From assembly GCA_964411285.1 (NCBI GenBank), contig CAYPKL010000187.1, positions 1 through 39,244 of the forward strand: a stretch of DNA of 39,244 bases, in the 5' to 3' direction. The notes under the pieces are model-generated. The model saw nothing but the letters and a program-made list of their open reading frames with translations, searched no databases and was not told the origin of the DNA. This DNA is from an uncultured Rikenellaceae bacterium (lineage in GTDB: Bacteria > Bacteroidota > Bacteroidia > Bacteroidales > VadinHA17). Position numbers and translations under genes: made by a program. Numbering within the stretch: position 1 is the stretch's first letter; every line of letters starts with the position of its first letter. Of this stretch, positions 9,777 to 18,733 are shown one piece after another.

Positions 9777-11726
9777 TTATTTATATGGTAATAATGATGG
9801 CATTCCCGGCTCAAAGTTGTAAGGACTGAGCAATTGCTCTCCTGAAACCACAACAGGTTGGGTCCTTGAATATTCCGGGAGGTTGGGAAAAAATCCCAAC
9901 CTCACCTGCAAGGTGTTAAAGACCATATTGTCATTTCTGATTCTTATTCCAACGCCTATAGAGGAAAGAAAATCACCGCTGCCCACATGCTCGTTGGTAT
10001 CAAACAGAAATCCGAAATCAGTAAATCCAAAAAAGGCAAATTTAAATCCATAAAAGTTTACGGGGCTGAAAAGGACTGATTCAATGTTGAATGAAAGCCG
10101 TTGAGTTCCCCCGACTGTATCATTCCTGAAACCAGAAAAACCATTCTCACGGTTAAAAGAAAGATATTCATCTGAATATCTGTCAAATCCCCGTGTGTAA
10201 TCTACATTAACAAAGTTCCTGATGCGCGACCGGCCCAAATAAAGCATATTAGATATAAAGTTGGTCCTCAGCAGTAACATTCCCTGTTCAGTCCGGCTGT
10301 TAATAATAAATGCTGCAAAACCAGCTGAACTGTAAAAATATCCAATACTCTTGATTGAGTGGCCTATAGAAAGGCTGGTACCCAGATAAGTTCGTTGTTT
10401 GAATTCACTTATTTCTCTGCCGGCGGTAAAATCAATCAATCCGCCGTATGGAATATCCTCGGTCCTTCCATATCCGTAAATCAGGTTGGTTTTGTAGAAT
10501 TTCTGGACCGACAGAGCTACAGAACCGAGAAATATTTTATTCTTCTGAAGGCGATGGTACGAATCCGGTTGAATTACGGGATGGTTGAATACATTATTGT
10601 TTTTATACCTGGCGCCTATAATAAAACGGGATACTCTTTCAGGATTTATTAAAAATGATCTCGAAATCCAGTAATCCTGAAGGTTATATTTCAAAGGCTC
10701 AGGTTCAGTACTGGAGTTAAAATCTTCTGTTGTAAACATCTCCTTGATCGAAACTCCTCCTGCATATTTCGTTGTGGAGCTGATAAGTTTCCTGCTAAGA
10801 TCAAATCCGTAGGTTTTTTCCCCAAGTCCGTCATAGAAGAAGAGATCGAGATTAATAAAGGTTTTATTTATATTGTTTACCAGATATTTGGCACCAAAAC
10901 CGGGTGAGTCTGGAAATCTCGAATTATATGGAACTTCAATCCGGAATTCATGACCCATTCCGAAAATATTCTTGTCATAGAGTGAAACAGATCCCTTTTT
11001 TAGACTGCCGATGGTGATACCTGCCCCCAGGGAGTAGATATCTTTGGTCAGAACCATTATATCTGCTTCACTTTCGGAAACAGGTACCACGATAATTTTT
11101 GCATCATTTATAAACGGAAGGTCCCTGAGTAATCTTTCATTGTCGCTCAATGTAAGAGGTGATATTGAATCGCCTGCTGAAAACAGCAGGTTTTTCCTGA
11201 TAATGTTCTCGCTGGTATTGATATGGGTCTTGTTAAGCAAGCTCTCCAACCCGTTTGGATTGAAAGCTGCCGGACTTTCGATATTTGATCCAAATACACT
11301 AAGCCGGCTAATTTCTATTTTCCGTATCTTCTTTCCTGCAAATTCAATATAGCTTACATCGCTGGTCCTTGTTATAGATTTACTGACTGTCTTGTCAGGA
11401 GAAATAATCAGAAAATCAAAGAGTTTACGTGTGACGATTTTTTTAGATGCCCTGCTTTTAAGTGAATCAAGGAATATTACAGTCTTGTACCTTTCAGGAT
11501 CAGAAAAAGGAATGAGATAAACATCCTGCCGGTAGCTGGTATCGATAAAATAGAGTCTGATGTTTTTTGGATTTATGAGAGGTGCTGTAAATGGACGCTG
11601 CAATAATGTGTCCTGATCCGGTGTTTTTTGAGAGTATAATGGATTACAAAAAAACAGAAACGCCGGGATTAATAAAACAGATATCGAATACCGGTGTTGT
11701 CCTGTTTTATTTGTTTCAGGTTTCAT
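9777..11726 (-). CDS. Omp85/BamA-family-like outer-membrane beta-barrel protein
   Basis: Signal peptide 'VLLIPAFLFFCNPLYSQ'. The C-terminal region resembles the Omp85 barrel end ('GFSGFRND..GGTQRLSFNIE...FFGFTDFGFLFD...SIGVGIRIRN...LQVRLGF'). The family call is from pattern only. Confidence 0.55.
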   Translation of the reverse strand: MKPETNKTGQHRYSISVLLIPAFLFFCNPLYSQKTPDQDTLLQRPFTAPLINPKNIRLYFIDTSYRQDVYLIPFSDPERYKTVIFLDSLKSRASKKIVTRKLFDFLIISPDKTVSKSITRTSDVSYIEFAGKKIRKIEISRLSVFGSNIESPAAFNPNGLESLLNKTHINTSENIIRKNLLFSAGDSISPLTLSDNERLLRDLPFINDAKIIVVPVSESEADIMVLTKDIYSLGAGITIGSLKKGSVSLYDKNIFGMGHEFRIEVPYNSRFPDSPGFGAKYLVNNINKTFINLDLFFYDGLGEKTYGFDLSRKLISSTTKYAGGVSIKEMFTTEDFNSSTEPEPLKYNLQDYWISRSFLINPERVSRFIIGARYKNNNVFNHPVIQPDSYHRLQKNKIFLGSVALSVQKFYKTNLIYGYGRTEDIPYGGLIDFTAGREISEFKQRTYLGTSLSIGHSIKSIGYFYSSAGFAAFIINSRTEQGMLLLRTNFISNMLYLGRSRIRNFVNVDYTRGFDRYSDEYLSFNRENGFSGFRNDTVGGTQRLSFNIESVLFSPVNFYGFKFAFFGFTDFGFLFDTNEHVGSGDFLSSIGVGIRIRNDNMVFNTLQVRLGFFPNLPEYSRTQPVVVSGEQLLSPYNFEPGMPSLLPYK

Positions 11727-12426
11727 GGTATTTATTATTCAACACATCGTCTGAATTGAACTGGAATCCAAGACGTTTACCTGTTATCACCCGTGAATGT
11801 TGAATTTTCGCCTCAGCTTGTCCTACCGTCGCTATTTTAACCGTATCGTATGGGGGGACAAGTAAATCGAATTCAAGTGAGTATTGTATTGCTGTAGAAA
11901 TAATTAATTGTAATGAGGACCTGCTGATTGCCTCATTCCCGTAATTTGAGAAAAGCATTCCCATCTGTCTTTTACCTTCAACAAAATACTGGTTCTCATG
12001 ATTAATGAATATTCTTGCGATTAAATAACCAAGATCATCTAATCTGGAATACCTGAATGAATCAAAAAGGAAGTTATAAATATTAATTATGCCCGAGTAT
12101 GCGTTGAATTTATTCTTTTGTATATAGGGTGTTTTCCATGCAGGATGTTCACGGTCGAACTGAAATATATTTGAATGCATGCTAAAAAGCAGTATATCAC
12201 CTGCTACTTTCACCTGTGCATCAAAATTGCTCCTGTCGGTATATTCCAATTTAATCCGGTTATCAAGCCCTCCCAGACTGGTATTTATATCCCTCGACAA
12301 AGTTTTTAAGATATCCTTTATAACAGCGAACCACTCAAGGGTATTATCATATACTTTTTGTTTAAGGAGCGATTTTTCCTTTAGGGTTCCGATAATTACA
12401 AGCTTTTTATCATCCATTTCGGCCAT
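11716..12426 (-). CDS. Uncharacterised cytoplasmic protein (no recognisable domain)
   Basis: Intact 236-aa ORF with no signal peptide. Its stop overlaps the start of the Omp85-like gene by 11 nt, and it lies downstream of proS on the same strand. Confidence 0.6.
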   Translation of the reverse strand: MAEMDDKKLVIIGTLKEKSLLKQKVYDNTLEWFAVIKDILKTLSRDINTSLGGLDNRIKLEYTDRSNFDAQVKVAGDILLFSMHSNIFQFDREHPAWKTPYIQKNKFNAYSGIINIYNFLFDSFRYSRLDDLGYLIARIFINHENQYFVEGKRQMGMLFSNYGNEAISRSSLQLIISTAIQYSLEFDLLVPPYDTVKIATVGQAEAKIQHSRVITGKRLGFQFNSDDVLNNKYHET

Positions 12427-12574
12427 GGTTCGGGTTAATTAATATTTACAGGCATCTAATTTAGCAATTATTAATATAAAATGTTTCCTGCGGTATATTT
12501 TAAGAAATCCGGTGTTGTTTCTGTTGGAAATCAGTCCATTTTATTTTTCAATTGATAGGTAGGCCTGAAATGAT

Positions 12575-14050
12575 TTAATATGATCTGGCAAATAAAACAC
12601 GCCTTTTGGAAGGTTTCCCGGAATAAATACATTTACCATCCTCTTCGGGAGAATCAAAAGGAATGCACCTGATAGTTGCTTTAGTCTCCTCTTTTATTTT
12701 TTCCTCAGTTTCCGGAGTTCCATCCCAATGGGCCAGAATAAATCCGCCGGTACTGTCAAGAACTTCCAGGAAGTCATTCCAATTATCAACCCGGAAAGTG
12801 TTTTCATTCCTGAAGTTAACCGCCCTTGTAAATATATTGTTCTGAATATCATTTAATAGTTCAGGGATCAGGGCAGGTACTTTTTGTATCGGTACCGTCT
12901 CCTTTTCCAGCGTATCCCTTCTTGCAATCTCCACAGTTTCATTTTCAAGATCGCGCGGTCCGATGGCAATCCTTACAGGAACACCCTTAAGTTCATAATC
13001 GGCAAATTTCCATCCCGGCTTATTTGTATCCCTGTCATCATATTTCACAGAGATCCCTGTTTTTTCAAGATCGGCTTTTAGAAGCTTAGCTTTTTCCGAT
13101 ATCTTTTCCAGCTGTTCTGATGTTTTATAAATTGGTATAATTACAACCTGGAGAGGTGCCAGTTTCGGCGGTAGTATAAGTCCGCGGTTGTCGGAATGTG
13201 CCATTATCAAAGCCCCAACCATCCTGGTTGACAATCCCCAGGAGGTAGCCCATACATATTCCAGTTTCCCGGTCTTATCCGTAAACTGAACATCAAATGC
13301 TTTTGCAAAATTCTGGCCCAGAAAATGGCTTGTTCCTGCCTGAAGAGCCTTCCCATCCTGCATTAATGCTTCGATTGTATAGGTATCCAGTGCTCCGGCA
13401 AACTTTTCATTTTCACTTTTATACCCTCTTATGACAGGGAGAGCCATATAACTCTCTGCAAAATCAGAATATACATTTATCATCTTCTCGGTTTCTTCGA
13501 TTGCCTCTTCACGGGTAGAATGTGCAGTATGCCCCTCCTGCCAGAGAAACTCAGCTGTTCTCAGAAAAAGCCTTGTCCGCATTTCCCACCTTACCACATT
13601 TGCCCACTGATTAATCAGGATTGGAAGATCACGGTATGATTGAATCCAGTTTTTGTACGAATTCCATATTATCGTTTCAGATGTCGGACGGATTATTAAT
13701 TCTTCTTCAAGTTTTGCAGCAGGATCAACAATGATCCCATTTCCTGACTCATCGTTTTTAAGCCTGTAATGCGTTACAACAGCACATTCCTTGGCAAACC
13801 CTTTAACATGAGCAGCTTCCTTGCTGAAAAATGATTTTGGAATAAAAAGCGGGAAATAGGCATTAACATGACCTGTAGCCTTGAACATTTTATCTAACTG
13901 AGCCTGAATCTTTTCCCAAATTGCGTAACCATAGGGCTTGATAACCATACATCCCCTTACTGCGGAATTTTCTGCCAGATCTGCCTTGATGACCAGATCA
14001 TTATACCATTGTGCATAATTTTCATCCCTGTTCGTTAAGAATTTCGCCAT
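12575..14050 (-). CDS. proS: Prolyl-tRNA synthetase, archaeal/eukaryote-like class II type
   Basis: Starts '[27 protein letters not shown]' at the internal ATG at 14050. Class II motifs are present ('[14 protein letters not shown]', '[11 protein letters not shown]'), and the C-terminus ends in '...ARSY', typical of this ProRS type. Confidence 0.92.
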   Translation of the reverse strand: MAKFLTNRDENYAQWYNDLVIKADLAENSAVRGCMVIKPYGYAIWEKIQAQLDKMFKATGHVNAYFPLFIPKSFFSKEAAHVKGFAKECAVVTHYRLKNDESGNGIIVDPAAKLEEELIIRPTSETIIWNSYKNWIQSYRDLPILINQWANVVRWEMRTRLFLRTAEFLWQEGHTAHSTREEAIEETEKMINVYSDFAESYMALPVIRGYKSENEKFAGALDTYTIEALMQDGKALQAGTSHFLGQNFAKAFDVQFTDKTGKLEYVWATSWGLSTRMVGALIMAHSDNRGLILPPKLAPLQVVIIPIYKTSEQLEKISEKAKLLKADLEKTGISVKYDDRDTNKPGWKFADYELKGVPVRIAIGPRDLENETVEIARRDTLEKETVPIQKVPALIPELLNDIQNNIFTRAVNFRNENTFRVDNWNDFLEVLDSTGGFILAHWDGTPETEEKIKEETKATIRCIPFDSPEEDGKCIYSGKPSKRRVLFARSY

Positions 14051-14141
14051 TTTTTGGTATGGTATTTGTTTTAATACATAAAAAATAAGGTCGTAAAAAT
14101 AAATATAAAACTTGGAAATTAATAAAACCAGGGGGTGCATC

Positions 14142-15593
14142 ATGAAAACAATATCTTACATTGGCATCTTATCGGCACTTCTGCTTACAGGATTCTCTGC
14201 AAAAGCACAGGATGCTGACTATGAAAATTACAGCAACGATGACGCCAGAGTAATCGTAAACAACTATTATGATAATAATGGCTCTGATTACTATTATTCA
14301 TCAAGAATTAACAGGTTTCACAGATCGTATGCTGCTTTTGATTATTATTCACCTGTCTATACTGATTCATACTGGTACGATTACGATCCATGGTCGTGGG
14401 GTATAAGTATTTACAGCGGAGGTTTCGGATTTAACCTTGGATATAATCCCTATTATTACAATTATTATCCTTACAGCTACGGTTGGAACGATCCATATTA
14501 TTATGATTCTTATTACCGGGGATATTCCCCCTGGTACTATAGTTACTGGAGACCATCGATCTGCTGGGGATTAGGAAGTCTCTGGTCAGATTTTACGTGG
14601 GGTTTAACCCGACCCTTCTATTGGATGAATAACATGTGGCACGGATTCGGACATTCATATTATGGCTATCATAATCATTTTTATAATGATTATTCCTACC
14701 GTTATTCATCAGATTACGGGAGGCATAATTTTGAAGCAGGAGGACGTGGTTTCAGACAGGGATCCAATCAGGAGTCCAGGAGAGGTGAATCAATTAATAA
14801 TCCTTCAGGGAGAGATGGAAATTACCGCCGGGAAAATTATGATAACGTATCCGGAAATATTGAGGGAAGAAGGAACGGCAATTCCGCAATTAACAACGGA
14901 CAAAATCGCGGTTCAGCCGACAGATCATATTCAGCCGGCAGAGGATCATCATCTCCGGATTTACGAAGATCAGATAATTCTGGTTCTGCTTCCCGGAATT
15001 CCGGAAATCAGGGTAGCTATAACACTACCAACCGGAGAACCGGTGAAATGAGGAGCAATCCGGGATACAATAACAGGGTAAATCAGAACGCTTCCAGTCC
15101 TGCTACACGAAGAGCAGTTGAAACAGGTTCGAACCGTGGATATGCAATTAACAATAATTCATCAGGAAATTCAAATGTATCCAAACGGAGCACAATGGCC
15201 GGTAATGCAAACCAGCCCTCCTCCCGGCGTTCCTCAGTGTATGGTCAGACTAATAATTCGCACAGCACCAACCGGTCTGTGTCCGGAAGTTTGGGCAGAC
15301 CTTCAGTCAAGTCCGGATCTATGAGTGCATCAGCAAGAAATTCTGGCTCAATATCACGCAATTCAGGCTCTATATCGCGTAGTTCCGGCTCAATGTCACG
15401 CGGCTCAGGTTCAATGTCACGAAGTTCAGGCTCAGTGTCACGAAGTTCAGGCTCAGTGTCACGAAGTTCGGGGTCAATGTCACGAAGTTCAGGCTCAATG
15501 TCAAGAAGTTCGGGTTCAATGTCACGAAGTTCGGGCTCAGTGTCACGAAGTTCGGGCTCTTCTCATTCCTCCGGAAACAGGGGAAGAAGATAG
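14142..15593 (+). CDS. Secreted low-complexity protein: signal peptide, Tyr/Trp-rich region, Ser/Arg/Asn/Gly-rich polycationic tail with 7-aa tandem repeats
   Basis: Signal peptide '[24 protein letters not shown]' at the ATG at 14142. The aromatic-rich block includes e.g. '[35 protein letters not shown]'. The tail ends '...[21 protein letters not shown]'. It is a paralog of the next gene. Confidence 0.7.
   Translation: MKTISYIGILSALLLTGFSAKAQDADYENYSNDDARVIVNNYYDNNGSDYYYSSRINRFHRSYAAFDYYSPVYTDSYWYDYDPWSWGISIYSGGFGFNLGYNPYYYNYYPYSYGWNDPYYYDSYYRGYSPWYYSYWRPSICWGLGSLWSDFTWGLTRPFYWMNNMWHGFGHSYYGYHNHFYNDYSYRYSSDYGRHNFEAGGRGFRQGSNQESRRGESINNPSGRDGNYRRENYDNVSGNIEGRRNGNSAINNGQNRGSADRSYSAGRGSSSPDLRRSDNSGSASRNSGNQGSYNTTNRRTGEMRSNPGYNNRVNQNASSPATRRAVETGSNRGYAINNNSSGNSNVSKRSTMAGNANQPSSRRSSVYGQTNNSHSTNRSVSGSLGRPSVKSGSMSASARNSGSISRNSGSISRSSGSMSRGSGSMSRSSGSVSRSSGSVSRSSGSMSRSSGSMSRSSGSMSRSSGSVSRSSGSSHSSGNRGRR
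15339..15569 (+). repeat. 11 tandem copies of a 21-nt unit (consensus agt tca ggc tca atg/gtg tca cga) encoding (S/N/G)SGS(M/V/I)SR, in frame inside the 14142-15593 CDS
   Basis: Counted directly. Units begin at 15339, 15360, 15381, 15402, 15423, 15444, 15465, 15486, 15507, 15528 and 15549. Units 5 and 6 are identical, and the last unit is degenerate. Confidence 0.95.
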
Positions 15594-15646
15594 GCCGGAT
15601 TTATAATGTTTTGAACTGAATTAAATTGTAACTTTAGAAAAAATAT

Positions 15647-15654
15647 TAAATTTG
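15647..15654 (+). promoter_or_regulatory. Possible Bacteroidota -7 promoter box (TAAATTTG, fits TAnnTTTG)
   Basis: Exact match to the TAnnTTTG consensus in the intergenic region, but ~95 nt upstream of the ATG at 15749. Confidence 0.3.
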
Positions 15655-15748
15655 TTGGAACGTTATATGATCATCCTGAAAAGCAAATAATTTGGTACGG
15701 TATTTGAGCATATATAAAAGATAACAAAAACAAATAGAAAGAAATAAA

Positions 15749-17074
15749 ATGAAAGCACTATACTACATATTCGGAATTGTAATTCTTACTCTGGCTTCCT
15801 GCTCTTCAGGACTTTATGTAGGAACTGAATATGATGATATTTACTATCAAAAATCAGACAGACCGGTAACCCGGGCTCAGTCGGCAGATAATCAGCCTAT
15901 TGTTGAGGGTAATCTTAAGTCGGATAATTATTATAATAATATCTATGCAACTGATACTCTTGTATCCAATGAATATTCAGACGCAGTTGACAATAATGAT
16001 GCAGGGGTTTATAATGACTATTATGATAATTTTGATAATTACTCTTATTCAGGCAGGTTAAGGAGATTTTATGGAAGTTCCTTTTATCCTTACTGGAGAG
16101 ATCCTTTTTACATGATGCCTTCTTTCGGATACAATTCTTTCTATGGCGGCTTCCCTTATTCCTATAATCCTTATTCCTACGATTCATATTTCTATGATCC
16201 ATACTATTCATATGGTTATGGCGGTTATTATGGCGGCGGGTTTAATGGCGGTTATTATGGCAACTATTTTTACGGAGGATTATATAACAGATTTTACAGT
16301 CCTTATTACAGTTACTATTCTCCTTATTATGGTGAAAGTAATATCTCTTATGGAAGAAGAGAAAGGCAGAGCACTTATTCGACAAAATGGTCAGGCGGCA
16401 ATGCTTCTCCCGAGGCTTCAGCATCCAGAAGAGCTACAAATGCCACCGGAGGATCAGGTACCTCAGAAGCCGCCAGGCCTGCTTCAGGTGAGGTTGTAAC
16501 CTCAGGTTCACGGAGAACTTCATCACAGGGGACTTCTCAGCAAGCTGGAACAGCTACTGAAAGAAAACTTGATCAGAATTCTTCAAAATCCGGTAGTGAG
16601 AACCTGTCAGGCAATCAGTCAAGAAGGAGTTCCGCTGATTCAAGACCTGAATACAACTCTGTCAACAGGAGCTATACACCCAGCTACAGTAATCCCAGGA
16701 TGAGCACACGGCCATCATACAATAATACAAGGGTTAATTCAAATGTTAACAACAATAATTCATCAACCCGCAGATATTATCAGAATTCATCAAACAGCGG
16801 AAGAAACAATTCATCATATTCTTCAGGTCAGCCCAGATCCAACTCTTCAAATAGTGGTTCAGGAAGTTATTCAACTCCCTCCAGAAGAAGCTCAGGCGGA
16901 GGAACCTACTCAGGAGGATCTTACCGTTCATCAGGAGGATCAACCTATAGCAGTGGTTCATCTTCAGGATCATATTCGAGAAGCAGTGGTGGCTCATATT
17001 CATCAGGCTCCTCCTCTTCTTCATCCTCCGGGAGTTCATCAGGCTCATCAGGCTCATCAGGCAGAAGGAGATAG
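15749..17074 (+). CDS. Lipoprotein paralog of the preceding gene: lipobox, Tyr/Gly-rich region, Ser/Arg/Asn/Gly-rich tail
   Basis: Lipoprotein signal 'MKALYYIFGIVILTLASC'. It shares the module 'NDYYDNFDNYSYSGRLRRFY' with gene A. The aromatic block includes 'SYGYGGYYGGGFNGGYYGNYFYGGLYNRFYSPYYSYYSPYYG'. The tail ends 'SSSSSSSGSSSGSSGSSGRRR'. Confidence 0.7.
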   Translation: MKALYYIFGIVILTLASCSSGLYVGTEYDDIYYQKSDRPVTRAQSADNQPIVEGNLKSDNYYNNIYATDTLVSNEYSDAVDNNDAGVYNDYYDNFDNYSYSGRLRRFYGSSFYPYWRDPFYMMPSFGYNSFYGGFPYSYNPYSYDSYFYDPYYSYGYGGYYGGGFNGGYYGNYFYGGLYNRFYSPYYSYYSPYYGESNISYGRRERQSTYSTKWSGGNASPEASASRRATNATGGSGTSEAARPASGEVVTSGSRRTSSQGTSQQAGTATERKLDQNSSKSGSENLSGNQSRRSSADSRPEYNSVNRSYTPSYSNPRMSTRPSYNNTRVNSNVNNNNSSTRRYYQNSSNSGRNNSSYSSGQPRSNSSNSGSGSYSTPSRRSSGGGTYSGGSYRSSGGSTYSSGSSSGSYSRSSGGSYSSGSSSSSSSGSSSGSSGSSGRRR

Positions 17075-17127
17075 TAAAAACAAAAAATTTTGCATGATTT
17101 AAATTCATTCTGTTCAGAGTGCGGGAA

Positions 17128-17135
17128 TAGGTTTA
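17128..17135 (+). promoter_or_regulatory. Possible -7 promoter box (TAGGTTTA, one mismatch to TAnnTTTG)
   Basis: Lies 19 nt upstream of the ATG at 17154. It has the same TAGGTTT core as the box upstream of citDE. Confidence 0.3.
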
Positions 17136-17153
17136 AATAAAAATTAAATTCCA

Positions 17154-18635
17154 ATGAAAAAAATAACAATAGTTCTGGCTTCGATATTCCTCACATTTTC
17201 CGGAATATTAGCTCAAAATGTAGATGACGCTCTTAGATATTCGCAGATATTCTATAATGGGACAGCAAGATTTATGTCAATGGGTGGGGCTTTTACCGCT
17301 GTTGGAGGCGATCTGTCGACACTTACACAAAATCCAGCAGGCCTTGGAGTATTCAGATCATCAGAAATATCAATCACACCCCAGTTATTCCATTCAAAAA
17401 CAACTGCTGGATTTAATGGATCAACTACTGATTACCTTTATAATTTCAACCTGGGACAGGCAGGTATTGTAAGCAAATTGATCTCTTCAAATAAGGAAAC
17501 AGGGTTGGTTTCCCTTAACTTCGGATATTCATTCAACAAGACTAACAATCTTAATTCAACCGTAAGAATCCAGGGAATAAACAACACCAGCTCTATGGCC
17601 GATTACTGGGCCGACATAAGTGAAGGAACCAATTATAATGACTTAAGCGGCGCCGCAGGCCTTGCTTACGACGCCTGGATTATTGATACAATTACAGGAA
17701 CTAATTCAACAAGTTACGGAACAGCGTTCAATAATTACGGTGATAATATCGGCTCAGTTTACGGACAAAACATGCGAAGGATCATAACCAACCAGGGATA
17801 TACAGGTGAACATGCATTTTCAATCGGTGGCAATATTTCAAATAAAATATTTTTTGGTGCAACATTGGGAATAAACCGGTTAAAATATACTGGTCATTAT
17901 GAACATCTTGAAAAAGCTGACTACGTTATGGACGCCGGATTAAAAGATTTTACATACACCGAACACTTTGAGAATACCGGAACCGGAGTCTCATTTAAGA
18001 TCGGGGCAATAATAAAACCAATCGAAAGCATCAGGATCGGACTGGCATTCCATTCACCTACCAGATACAAAATTGACGAGTATTTCTATGATAACATTAG
18101 TTCTAATTTTGATGGTAATGACAGCTATGAATTCGAGAATGATCCCAACAGGTACAATTATGCTCTGACAACTCCTTTCAGAGCCATAGGCGGTTTTGCA
18201 GTACAGATCAGGAAAGTTGCCATTTTAAGCGCTGATTATGAATATATTGATTATTCTACTGCAAAATTCTCTGAAACAGGGGATGATTATGATTACAGCG
18301 AGAAGAATCTTGAGATAAAGAATACGCTGCAACGAACTGGTAATTTAAGGTTTGGAGGAGAATTCAGACTGAATAAATTGTATTTCAGGGGAGGTTACGG
18401 TTATTATGGTAAAGTATTCAGACCGGGAGAATTAAATGAAGATATGCACCATAGCTCAATCTCTTGCGGTTTAGGCTTCAGGGAACAAAATTTTAATGTG
18501 GATCTTGGTTACGTAAACATGAGTAATTCTCAGGACTACATTCTTTACAATACTTTTTCAGAGAATGTATCATCATCTTTGAACACAACAAAAAATATTT
18601 TCATGGTTACGCTTGGCTATAAGTTTGGTTATTAA
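17154..18635 (+). CDS. FadL/OMPP1/TodX-like (PorV-like) outer-membrane beta-barrel protein
   Basis: Signal peptide 'MKKITIVLASIFLTFSGILAQ'. The N-terminal hatch-like segment 'ARFMSMGGAFTAVGGDLSTLTQNPAGLGVF' carries the NPA motif typical of FadL-family proteins. Alternating beta-strand patterning runs to the aromatic C-terminus '...LGYKFGY'. Confidence 0.65.
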   Translation: MKKITIVLASIFLTFSGILAQNVDDALRYSQIFYNGTARFMSMGGAFTAVGGDLSTLTQNPAGLGVFRSSEISITPQLFHSKTTAGFNGSTTDYLYNFNLGQAGIVSKLISSNKETGLVSLNFGYSFNKTNNLNSTVRIQGINNTSSMADYWADISEGTNYNDLSGAAGLAYDAWIIDTITGTNSTSYGTAFNNYGDNIGSVYGQNMRRIITNQGYTGEHAFSIGGNISNKIFFGATLGINRLKYTGHYEHLEKADYVMDAGLKDFTYTEHFENTGTGVSFKIGAIIKPIESIRIGLAFHSPTRYKIDEYFYDNISSNFDGNDSYEFENDPNRYNYALTTPFRAIGGFAVQIRKVAILSADYEYIDYSTAKFSETGDDYDYSEKNLEIKNTLQRTGNLRFGGEFRLNKLYFRGGYGYYGKVFRPGELNEDMHHSSISCGLGFREQNFNVDLGYVNMSNSQDYILYNTFSENVSSSLNTTKNIFMVTLGYKFGY

Positions 18636-18660
18636 TACTTTGAACTACTTCCGGTTAAAA

Positions 18661-18684
18661 AGGGCTCATAGAGCCTTTTTTTTT
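18661..18684 (+). terminator. Rho-independent terminator after the FadL-like gene
   Basis: 'agGGCTCataGAGCCttttttttt': a 5-bp GC stem extendable by G-U and A-U pairs, a 3-nt loop, and a 9-T run. Confidence 0.55.
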
Positions 18685-18733
18685 ACTGTCCGATAATGTG
18701 AACAAGTCAGATAACATAGAATATAAGTCCTGC

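Noticed and set aside
9761-9853. N-terminal extensions of track ORFs: tilS to 9853, proS to 14143, pepD to 32352, purA to 37644, gene A from 14112.
   Set aside because: In each case an internal Met gives the canonical family N-terminus and removes the overlap with the neighbouring gene. The extensions are AT-rich read-through of intergenic DNA.
15339-15569. Regular 21-nt repeats considered as a possible CRISPR array.
   Set aside because: The units are directly abutting with no spacers, are only 21 nt long, are in frame within a CDS, and no cas genes are present.
14662-15606. Long alternative-frame ORFs (14662-15051, 15118-15324, 15325-15606) overlapping the low-complexity gene A. One encodes a striking 'QCHEV' repeat.
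   Set aside because: They are by-products of the Ser/Gly/Arg codon repeats, which deplete stop codons in other frames. They have no signal peptide or independent start context, and the 'QCHEV' periodicity is just the 21-nt repeat read out of frame.
15915-17169. Sense off-frame and antisense ORFs (15915-16211, 16143-16499, 16242-16424, 16743-17102, 16746-17108, 16945-17169) over gene B.
   Set aside because: The cause is the same low-complexity composition effect. The products are themselves low-complexity mirror images (poly-Glu/Asp-Pro, Met-Asn-Leu runs), and nothing supports independent coding.
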